Source: Armatimonadota bacterium (GTDB lineage Bacteria; Armatimonadota; HRBIN16). Taken from it: a DNA stretch of 64,000 nt. The notes under the pieces were generated by a model. The model saw only the letters and a list, made by a program, of their open reading frames with translations. It searched no databases and had not been told where the DNA came from. The stretch is from the NCBI GenBank assembly GCA_963677485.1, contig OY781964.1, positions 768,001-832,000 of the forward strand. Reading direction: 5' to 3'. Of the stretch, positions 50,878 through 58,910 are shown piece after piece (position 1 is the first letter of the stretch; each line of letters starts with the position of its first letter). The position numbers and the translations under genes are program-made.

Positions 50878-50921
50878 TAAACAGAACCGCCCCTGCTGTG
50901 TAAACAGGGGCGGTTCTGTAT
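50878..50921. terminator. Intrinsic terminator downstream of purL
   Basis: ACAGAACCGCCCCTG...CAGGGGCGGTTCTGT, 15-bp stem. Confidence 0.85.
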
Positions 50922-50937
50922 GGTTGGAATGTCGCGC

Positions 50938-53163
50938 TTATTTCACATTAAGAGCGTTGGGTATGGCCCCTTCGTAAAGCGCATTCGCTTCAGCAACCGA
51001 TACCCCGACATGCAGCTTGCCATTGATGGTGAAGTTGATCTGTCCATCGTTGGTCACAGTGCCAATGCCCGCCGCACTGCATCCGTGTTTTATGGCGATG
51101 TCTTCCAGAGCGGGCATGTTCTCTTGGGGAAGGCTGACCACTATGCGGCTGGCCGTTTCGCCGAACAGCACTGAGTCAGGCCTCTCGCAACTGTTGATGT
51201 GGATGTCGGCACCCTTGTTTCCGGCCAGAGCGCTCTCGCATACGGTGATGGATAATCCGCCATCGCTGCAGTCATGCGCGCTGGTGAGCAGCATCTGGTC
51301 GATCGCCTCTCGAACAGCAGCCTGCAAACCCACCTCAAGTGCGAGGTCGACGACCGGAGGGAAGCCCGATTCGATGCCATACTGCTTATAAAGATACTCG
51401 CTGCCGCCCAGCCCCTGATTGGGATCTTCCCAGCCACTGGGGATCAGCAGGGCAATCACATCGCCCGCGTTTTTGAAATTCGCAGAGCAAGCCTTGTCCA
51501 CATCCTCAATCAACCCGACGATGCCTATTGTGGGCGTGGGGAAGACAGCCGTATCAAGCGTCTCGTTATACAGGCTGACATTGCCCGACACCACAGGCGT
51601 GCCCAGGGCCTCACAAGCCGTAGCGATACCATCCACTGCCTGTTCAAACTGCCAGAAGATGTCTTTCTTCTCCGGGTTGCCGAAGTTCAGGCAGTCGGTC
51701 GCGGCCAACGGCTTCGCGCCGGTGCAACTGACGTTACGGCAGGCCTCAACGACCGCCATCATACCGCCTGTGCGGGGGTCAAGGTAGACATACCGCCCGT
51801 TCCCGTCGATCTTAATGGCCAGCCCCTTATTAGCCACTCCGCGCACGCGCAGCATGGCGGCATCTCCGCCAGGCAGGCCGGAGGTTTGGGTTTGCACCAT
51901 GTGGTCATACTGCTCATATACCCAGCGCTTGCTGGCGATGGTCGTGTCTGAGAGAAGCATTTTCAAGCTCGCGGTTAAATCCTCCGGCACCGGAAGGCTG
52001 GTGGGATCAAACGCTTGAAGCTCATCAATGTATCCCGGCTTTTCCGTCTCAAGGGTGTAGGTGGGACACTCATCCGTCAGGAAGCGGGCCGGTACTCTAG
52101 CGGCCAGCTCATTGCCGTCCATCACAGTGACCCAGCCATCGTCGGTGACTTCACCGACCACGACCGCTTTGCATCCCCACTTTTTGAAGATGCCAGCCAC
52201 TGCCTCTTCACGGCCCTTCTTCACGATGGCCAGCATGCGCTCCTGGGACTCACTCAGCATCACTTCGTAAGCACTCATGCCCTGCTCACGGCGAGGCACC
52301 TTCTGCACATCAATGATCATGCCGTTACCGCCCTTGCTGGCGGTCTCGCAAGTGCTGCAGGTTAGTCCCGCGGCGCCCATGTCCTGAATTCCTACCACGT
52401 CGCCGCTGGCCAATGCCTCTAAGGTGGCCTCAATCAGCAGCTTCTCAGCGAATGGGTCGCCCATCTGAACGTTGCTGCGTTTGGCTTCACTCTCTTCGGT
52501 CAGCTCCACGCTGGCAAAGGTCGCTCCATGGATACCATCACGCCCTGTAGAGGATCCCACATAAAGCACAGGGTTACCGACACCTTCAGCGGCCGCAGTG
52601 GCGACATCGGTGTGTTTGACCAGCCCCACTGCCATCGCGTTCACAAGGCAGTTGCCGGTGTAGCAAGGATGGAACACTACCTCACCCGCAACAGTGGGCA
52701 CACCTACGCAGTTACCGTAGTGAGCGATACCACCGACCACCTCTTTGAAAAGCCACTGGTTATGTGGGTCATCAAGGTCGCCAAAACGCAGGCTGTTGAG
52801 GTTGGCAATTGGCCGGGCACCCATCGTGAATATGTCTCGCAAAATGCCGCCAACACCGGTAGCCGCACCTTGAAAAGGCTCGACGGCGGACGGGTGGTTG
52901 TGGCTTTCCACTTTAAACACGATACCGTATCCATCACCGATGTCGGTGACGCCAGCATTCTCCATGCTGCCCTCATCCATCGCCTTTTTATATTCACCAA
53001 ACCGGCGTAAAATCGGTCGGCTGTACTTATATCCACAGTGTTCACTCCACATCACGGCCATCATGCCGATCTCTGTGTAGTTCGGTTCTCGTCCCAGTCG
53101 CTCAACGATCAGTTCATACTCGTGGTCATTGAGGCCCATTTCGCGGTATATTTGGGGGTCCAT
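50938..53163 (-). CDS. purL: Phosphoribosylformylglycinamidine synthase subunit PurL (small type)
   Basis: 'MWSEHC', 'KVESHNHPS', 'GAATGVGGILRD', 'DMGAAGL', 'SESQERM', 'DCLNFGNP'. Confidence 0.97.
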   Translation of the reverse strand: MDPQIYREMGLNDHEYELIVERLGREPNYTEIGMMAVMWSEHCGYKYSRPILRRFGEYKKAMDEGSMENAGVTDIGDGYGIVFKVESHNHPSAVEPFQGAATGVGGILRDIFTMGARPIANLNSLRFGDLDDPHNQWLFKEVVGGIAHYGNCVGVPTVAGEVVFHPCYTGNCLVNAMAVGLVKHTDVATAAAEGVGNPVLYVGSSTGRDGIHGATFASVELTEESEAKRSNVQMGDPFAEKLLIEATLEALASGDVVGIQDMGAAGLTCSTCETASKGGNGMIIDVQKVPRREQGMSAYEVMLSESQERMLAIVKKGREEAVAGIFKKWGCKAVVVGEVTDDGWVTVMDGNELAARVPARFLTDECPTYTLETEKPGYIDELQAFDPTSLPVPEDLTASLKMLLSDTTIASKRWVYEQYDHMVQTQTSGLPGGDAAMLRVRGVANKGLAIKIDGNGRYVYLDPRTGGMMAVVEACRNVSCTGAKPLAATDCLNFGNPEKKDIFWQFEQAVDGIATACEALGTPVVSGNVSLYNETLDTAVFPTPTIGIVGLIEDVDKACSANFKNAGDVIALLIPSGWEDPNQGLGGSEYLYKQYGIESGFPPVVDLALEVGLQAAVREAIDQMLLTSAHDCSDGGLSITVCESALAGNKGADIHINSCERPDSVLFGETASRIVVSLPQENMPALEDIAIKHGCSAAGIGTVTNDGQINFTINGKLHVGVSVAEANALYEGAIPNALNVK

Positions 53164-53401
53164 ATGTCTGCTCCGGGGAGATTTTTACGATATTTCATCA
53201 AATACTAGTATACAGCCTCCTAAAACAGCCCGCAATTTGGTATCATAAAAACCAATGGGAAAACTTATTCCTGATGCATTTATGAATTGTTCATCTATTC
53301 TGTGTCGTATTTATATAAAACATACGACATCGCAAACGAAATCTAATATACTATAGTTAGAGTGTATGCCAAAGAGCATACGCCATAAGGAGGAATCGAT
53401 C

Positions 53402-54394
53402 ATGTCGGATATACGTGACGTGGCAAAGGAGGCTGGAGTCTCCATCGGAACCGTATCAAGGGTTGTGAATGGCTCCGGTCCTGTTAACGAGCTAACAAAA
53501 GCAAAAGTGCAGGAAGCTGTCAAGAAATTAGGCTATCGCCCGCATACAGTTGCCCGCAGCTTGAGAACAGGCCAGACACACATCATTGGTTTGGTTCTGC
53601 CCAGCCTAAAAGATCCGTTTTTTGCTGCCCTGGCATCAACTCTTGAAGAAGAGTTTGAGAACCGCGACTACACCATTAACATTAGCAGTATAGGGAACTC
53701 TGATAATTCATCAGAACTCCTGGAAGACATGATTAACCAACGCCGGACTGACGGCATTCTTATGTGTACCACTCAGAACAACTACCGTTTGCTGAACACC
53801 ATCCTGACCGAACACAGCACCCCAATCATTCTTCTTGATGCAGTGCGTGGTTTCGGGAACTTAAGTTCAATCTCAGTGGATAACAGCTACGGTATGAACG
53901 CAGCCATCGAGCACTTGAAATCCAAATCGCACACCAAAATCGGCTATATGACCGGTTGTGATGCGATGTGCGCCGGTGAAGATCGACTGCTTGCATTTAA
54001 GCAAGCTATGAAGAGCAACGGCCTGGAAGTTAAGTCCGATTGGATCGTAGAAGCTGATCCTACCGTCGCTGGTGGTTATGACGGCGGCGTTAAGATCGCT
54101 AAAATGTCCGATCGTCCTACTGCAATTATCTGCTTCAACGACCTGATGGCCTATGGCTTGATGCGCGCTGCAGCTGATAAAGGCATTAGCGTTCCGGACG
54201 GCTTGGCCGTCATCGGTTGCGATGACGATATGATGTCTGCTTACGCCACTCCTCCACTCACGACCCTGGCTTACTCCATTCCTGAAGTTGCCAAGGCCGC
54301 TTGTGAACTAATCCTTAGCCGCATTAAGACCAAGGATATCACCACCAAGCAGATCAGTATCAAACCCAGCCTGGTAGTACGCAAATCCAGTTAG
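53402..54394 (+). CDS. LacI-family transcriptional regulator
   Basis: 'IRDVAKEAGVSIGTVSRV', 'YRPH..ARSL', 'NDLMA', 'PPLTT'; AAGGAGG RBS. Confidence 0.93.
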   Translation: MSDIRDVAKEAGVSIGTVSRVVNGSGPVNELTKAKVQEAVKKLGYRPHTVARSLRTGQTHIIGLVLPSLKDPFFAALASTLEEEFENRDYTINISSIGNSDNSSELLEDMINQRRTDGILMCTTQNNYRLLNTILTEHSTPIILLDAVRGFGNLSSISVDNSYGMNAAIEHLKSKSHTKIGYMTGCDAMCAGEDRLLAFKQAMKSNGLEVKSDWIVEADPTVAGGYDGGVKIAKMSDRPTAIICFNDLMAYGLMRAAADKGISVPDGLAVIGCDDDMMSAYATPPLTTLAYSIPEVAKAACELILSRIKTKDITTKQISIKPSLVVRKSS

Positions 54395-54409
54395 TCCTAG
54401 ACACCATAT

Positions 54410-54450
54410 AACAACGCCCTCATGGATTTACCATGAGGGCGTTGTTGTTT
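54410..54450. terminator. Intrinsic terminator after the LacI gene
   Basis: AACAACGCCCTCATGG-ATTTA-CCATGAGGGCGTTGTT followed by GTTT. Confidence 0.85.
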
Positions 54451-54482
54451 GAATGCTACGACCGATGTCTTAGTTGAGCGAG

Positions 54483-55589
54483 CTACACCAGGTTTTCGCA
54501 GGCCCAGCGCATCTCGTCCATGATCGGCAGATGCTGGGTGCATTTCGCCTCACACTCACCACACTGAACACAGGCATCAGCCTTTGAGCCCTGGATGGCT
54601 GCATACTGATCCCTGGCGTTCTGCTGGAAGCCCTGGAACCGGTAAGTGGAGTTCATCCCCATGATGGCCGGTATCTCGATGCCCTGCGGGCACGGCATAC
54701 AATAACGGCATCCCGTGCAGAAAGCCTCTTTCATGCTATCCAGCTCATCCAGCTTGGCGTCAATCAAAGCAGCATGCTCAGATGTGAAAGCCCCGTCAGT
54801 GACAGAGGCCACGCTGCGGTCGACATCTTCCAGCGTGTTGATCCCGCTGATGATGGTGTCCACATACGGCTGTGACATCAGCCAGCGGATGCCCATATCA
54901 GCGATGTTTTTCGCGCCCACCTGCTGTGAAAGTGCAGCCAGCGTGGGGTTCTCCTGGTTCAACATTCCGCCGCAAACGGGGTTCATGATGATGGTGCCGA
55001 TCCCGCGATCATGTGCTGCTTTGATAGCGGGCATGTAGGTGCGGTTAAGTATATTGAATGTAAATAGGATGACATCTGCCCAGCCGATCTCCGGCATATA
55101 GCTCAGCAGGTTTTCCACGCTGTCGTGGGTGGTAAAGCCAGTTCTGCGCACCAGCCCCTCAGCCATCGCCCTCTGAATCCCCTCAAGGAAACCGCCTTTA
55201 CAGACTGCCGCGTCGTAATTTTCGCGGTTCTGGATGTTCCACACCTGGTAGTAATCCAGATACTCCACATCCAGCCGCTTCATAGACTCATCAATGCGCT
55301 TTCGCACGCAATCGGCGGAGGAGTCATCGCTCTCCTCGATCTTCACGATCCAAGGAGCCCATTTGGTGCTGAGGATCACCTTCTCGCGGTAGCCGTCCTT
55401 AAGTGCCCTGCCGATTTTGATCTCAGAATCACCGTATCCGCGGCTGGTATCAATGTATTTCATTCCACTGTCAATGGCATGGCGGATCACAGCCACTGCC
55501 TCATCGGTGTCGCCCGGCAGGCGCATGCCACCGATGCTGCCTCGTGCTACGGTCAGACCGTTGCGCTGTCCAAAAGGTATCTGTTGCAT
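54483..55589 (-). CDS. Aldo/keto reductase with C-terminal 4Fe-4S dicluster
   Basis: 'GGMRLP', 'IDTSRGYG.SE', 'LSTK', 'CTGCRYCMPCP', 'CVQCGECEAKC'. Confidence 0.9.
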   Translation of the reverse strand: MQQIPFGQRNGLTVARGSIGGMRLPGDTDEAVAVIRHAIDSGMKYIDTSRGYGDSEIKIGRALKDGYREKVILSTKWAPWIVKIEESDDSSADCVRKRIDESMKRLDVEYLDYYQVWNIQNRENYDAAVCKGGFLEGIQRAMAEGLVRRTGFTTHDSVENLLSYMPEIGWADVILFTFNILNRTYMPAIKAAHDRGIGTIIMNPVCGGMLNQENPTLAALSQQVGAKNIADMGIRWLMSQPYVDTIISGINTLEDVDRSVASVTDGAFTSEHAALIDAKLDELDSMKEAFCTGCRYCMPCPQGIEIPAIMGMNSTYRFQGFQQNARDQYAAIQGSKADACVQCGECEAKCTQHLPIMDEMRWACENLV

Positions 55590-55697
55590 GAAGATTGCTC
55601 CTGAAATTGTAGTCTTTCATTGTACCGTATCGCATTTCTGGTGTTCTTGGCAAATTGGCCCAATACACCAGGCATGTCCTATTAGCATATGCATCTG

Positions 55698-55722
55698 GTG
55701 GGATGGGCCTTGTGCCTCTCCG
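55698..55722. repeat. Degenerate REP of the same subtype as 58776-58801
   Basis: GTGGGATGGGCCTTGTGCCTCTCCG vs GTAGGGATGGGCCTTGTGCCCATCCG. Confidence 0.55.
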
Positions 55723-55922
55723 CCGTGATGGCGGCGGTGGACGGGGGTTGAGCTAGGGTAAATAACCCACCGATGCATTCTGGGATTGTGAACCTCCGAT
55801 GCCGCGACATAAATGTCTCGGCTATTGAAAACCAAGACTGCTGAAGCAGTCTATGACGGCGTTATCAATATCGGCGCGGAGTTCCACAGCCCGTTTAACG
55901 GCTTCATAAGAAACTAGGTTGG

Positions 55923-56082
55923 CTATGTCCGGGGCGGTCTGTCAGTACGCCTACGGAGGCCACTGTCTATAGACCGCGCCGGTCTTGTTCCCGACACCAA
56001 TCTTACATGGCTAACCGCCAGACCGGCGCGGTCTCGAGCCTTCTGCATCCGCTAGCCTACGCACAGACCGCCCCGGACATAG
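55923..56082. repeat. ~160-bp foldback (MITE/REPIN-like) element
   Basis: Outer IR CTATGTCCGGGGCGGTCTGT / ACAGACCGCCCCGGACATAG; inner IR AGACCGCGCCGGTCT / AGACCGGCGCGGTCT. Confidence 0.75.
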
Positions 56083-56259
56083 GCAACGCGTGGCTGCAAC
56101 CGAGGCGAACAGCCATTCGTATATCACCTGTGGCCTCAGTGTGATGAATCAGTGTCAGCCTGGGTTGCCGTGCATGCACGGGCGGGTGCTTGTTGATCAA
56201 TTACCGAAACATTTATATCGCGGCGTAGGTTGTGGGTGTTGGTTGTGGGTAATTAGCTG

Positions 56260-56326
56260 CGTTGCGCTACGGGAAAACGGGTCGGTGGTCTCAAAATGCT
56301 CGGATGACCACAAGGGTCACCCCTAC
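56260..56326 (-). repeat. Partial family A REP doublet, inverted
   Basis: CGGATGACCACAAGGGTCACCCCTAC at 56301-56326; adjacent sequence resembles the 37412-37529 spacer. Confidence 0.65.
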
Positions 56327-56518
56327 GAATAACGTATGCCATCGATCGCCTGCAAGACCATGATACACAGAGATTCCATAGGGGTAGGGAGAACTTTCGT
56401 TCCCCCTCCCTCCGAACCGTGCGTGCGGTTCTCCCGCACACGGCTCTCCAGTTGGTAGTGTTACCTCATTTGAGGATTGGTGATTCTTTGCACAGGATGT
56501 TTGTAGTGTAAACACCTA

Positions 56519-58170
56519 AGGCGGCGTAGCCGCAACCAAAAAGGAATGATTGCATTCGCCACGTAATATACATTCAAACACCCTTTCGTGAGGTTGCCCA
56601 GAATGACATCACTTCAAGAACGCTATGCAAAGCAGATAGCTGGGGTATATTCATGCTTCGACCGCATAGTTATCACCGGTACAATCCCAGGCTGGTGTCA
56701 TAGCGACGGAATGGGCATCTATCTTCATCAACGCAACATCAAGCTATTTGACTTTCCTAAGGAATTTGCCGAACCTCTACGAGATGAGATCAAAGCCAAT
56801 GCGGAACACCTTGCCGTTACCAACAGCATTGAAATTGAGTATATACGCCGTGCCTCTTCATTTCGAAAAGAAGACCGCATCAAAGAGATCATTAGTAGTC
56901 GAGGGTGTCACCCCGGTCTCGTCCACATATTCTCAGTGTTGGAAAAATGTCCAGCATACACCCCGTGGCACGACAAGATTACCCACAAAACCCGGCTGAA
57001 TATCAAGGAGACCAAGTGTCTTCATTACTACTTCTATTTCATCGATGCAGAGTTTGGACTGTGCTATCTACGAGTTCCGACCTGGGTGCCCTTCCGTCTG
57101 CAATTCTATTGTAATGGACACAACCATCTCGCGCATTGCCTTCAATCCGAGGGAGTAGTTTTCACTCCACTGGACAACGCCTTTGTAAAAATCGACGACT
57201 TTAGCTGTGCTCAGAGGCTGGCAGACGCTTTTCCTGCTGATAAGCTGCACCATGCGCTGGATGCATTTGCCAGAATGTATTGCCCCGTGATACGGCTTGC
57301 TGACAATTCATATCATTGGTCGCTAATGCAGGTGGAATATGCTACAGACATCGTGTTCAAACGCGCCGAAGACCTCAAAGCCATCTACGATAATCTAGTC
57401 AAAACAGCGATACATACGGTAACGCCAGAGTCTATCGCGATGTTTCTTGGTAAGAAACTTGATGGGCGAACACTCTCGGAGATCGGCACTGACTACAAGT
57501 TCGATCGCCGCATACAAGGCACGCGCATCAAACACTACATGGGATGGGCTTCTATCAAAATGTATGACAAGCAAGGGATAATCTTGCGTATCGAGACGAC
57601 TGTGAATGACGTCTCTGAATTTAAACACTACCGTGAGGTAGAACATCATGATGGGACGACTGAGATTAAATACGCCCCTATGCAAAAGACCATCTACAGC
57701 CTTCCTCCATTGAGGGAACTGTTATTATCTGCAAACAACAGATATCTTGACTTTCTTTCCGCCCTTGATGACAACAGCGATGGTGAACATCAGATCATCA
57801 AAATCGCGACCTCGACCACCCGTGATCATCGCTCATATCGAGGATTCAACCTTTTCCTCAAGAAGGATTTGGAATGCCTCATTGCACTTGCTCGCGGAGA
57901 GGGATGCATCAGCGGGATCACAAACCGTATGCTTCAAAAAGCCTTACCGCAGATGTCCAGCTCTCAGATATCATACTTCATCAAGCGATGCCGAGTATTC
58001 CGGCTCGTTAGAAAATGCGGTAAACGCTACAAATACTACCTCACTGCACTTGGCAAGCGTATCATCATGGCAGCACTTGCTATTCGCCAGATCGTTGTGC
58101 CTAACGCTTTGTGTGGTGCGTAATATCAGAATATTCTATACACCGTGTTTAAAATATGGTTGGTAAGATA
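56519..58170 (+). mobile_element. Unclassified 1.65-kb insertion element within the intron
   Basis: Flanked by CTA (56516-18, 58171-73); removing it rejoins the intron RT remnant; left-end hairpin GCGGC-GTA-GCCGC; one ORF; visibly more AT-rich than the neighbouring E2 gene. Confidence 0.7.
56603..58123 (+). CDS. Putative transposase/initiator-like protein with C-terminal winged helix
   Basis: 'CFDRIVITG', 'CLHYYFYFID', 'QVEYATDIVF', Rep-like 'IKMYDK...LRIETT', wHTH 'NRML..SSSQISYFIKR..LVRK..YKYYLT.LG'. Confidence 0.7.
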   Translation: MTSLQERYAKQIAGVYSCFDRIVITGTIPGWCHSDGMGIYLHQRNIKLFDFPKEFAEPLRDEIKANAEHLAVTNSIEIEYIRRASSFRKEDRIKEIISSRGCHPGLVHIFSVLEKCPAYTPWHDKITHKTRLNIKETKCLHYYFYFIDAEFGLCYLRVPTWVPFRLQFYCNGHNHLAHCLQSEGVVFTPLDNAFVKIDDFSCAQRLADAFPADKLHHALDAFARMYCPVIRLADNSYHWSLMQVEYATDIVFKRAEDLKAIYDNLVKTAIHTVTPESIAMFLGKKLDGRTLSEIGTDYKFDRRIQGTRIKHYMGWASIKMYDKQGIILRIETTVNDVSEFKHYREVEHHDGTTEIKYAPMQKTIYSLPPLRELLLSANNRYLDFLSALDDNSDGEHQIIKIATSTTRDHRSYRGFNLFLKKDLECLIALARGEGCISGITNRMLQKALPQMSSSQISYFIKRCRVFRLVRKCGKRYKYYLTALGKRIIMAALAIRQIVVPNALCGA

Positions 58171-58775
58171 CTATACTCAGCATTGAAGGCGACAGCCTTC
58201 TTTGCCCCCATATGATGGGGCACCAACATCCGATTTGTCCAGTCCACCGATGGCTGAGCAGTCGCCTGCTAGTTGTTTCCGCTTGTTTAGCCTTTTTTTT
58301 AGGCACTTCTCGCGCGGAGCTATATTCGGTGGCTGAGACTTCACGGATCTACCTTCCTGCGCTCCCTTGGCTCCACATCCATTACAGACGCTTCAACGCT
58401 ACTATGGGCGCTCTGACTTCTGCCTGCAACGAACTTACTATCGCCACTACTGCAGGCAGATCTCCCTGCTTCACTTACGCGACCTCTTGTGACCATTCCA
58501 TCCCCAAGCACCTCGCAACCCCCATCACTGCTCTATACGCTCACTCTCAAGCATAACAGGCACTGTTTTCACAGCACAAACTTCACCATTCCTACGCTGG
58601 CTCGTTGGTTCTACGCGGCCGAAACGGGTTCGTTATCCTACGGACTGGTCACTCGCCAACAGTTGCTCTCCACCCCACCTCGCGGTGACGCAGTTACTGC
58701 CGACTACAAGGCCAGAGTTGGCGTGGCCTCGAAGAGGAATTGCACCTCTTTGTTCGCGTACGCTTGCAGGCGCAC

Positions 58776-58801
58776 GTAGGGATGGGCCTTGTGCCCATCC
58801 G
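58776..58801. repeat. REP hairpin forming the intron 5' exon
   Basis: GTAGGGATGGGCCTTGTGCCCATCCG directly abuts the intron 5' end (CGCAC on +). Confidence 0.8.
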
Positions 58802-58855
58802 CCGCTATCGTGACGACGAACGCGGATTGCGCTGCGGGGTATCACGTCGGTGGAT

Positions 58856-58891
58856 AAAAAAGGCCCCAGACCGTCACCGGTCTGGGGCCTT
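58856..58891 (-). terminator. Intrinsic terminator downstream of the E2 gene
   Basis: A-tract plus AGGCCCCAGACCG-TCAC-CGGTCTGGGGCCT. Confidence 0.88.
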
Positions 58892-58910
58892 GATACCATC
58901 AGAAGATGGT

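Larger units (their letters stand above)
56378..58775 (-). mobile_element. Group II intron with a deleted/degenerate RT, interrupted in domain IV
   Basis: 5' GTGCG at 58775; DII/DIII-like 'GAAGTCAGAG..CATAGTAG..GAAG..GTAA..GGAGCCAAGGG'; DV GAGCCGTGTGCGGGAGAACCGCACGCACGGTTC (56446-56414); DVI then 3' ...CCCCTAT ending at 56378; RT-like fragments 'PSVDWTNRML' and 'VFTLQTS...QSS'. Confidence 0.9.

Noticed and set aside
56603-58123. Intron-encoded reverse transcriptase, or a plain MarR regulator
   Set aside because: The ORF is antisense to the intron and has no YADD or RT motifs; the wHTH is only the last ~90 aa of a 506-aa protein.
56378-58775. Class IIC intron assignment
   Set aside because: DV is full length with an AGC triad and domain I is long; the class is left unassigned.
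58212-58899. ORFs 58212-58556, 58489-58779 and 58633-58899
   Set aside because: They overlap structured intron domains I-III and show no protein features.
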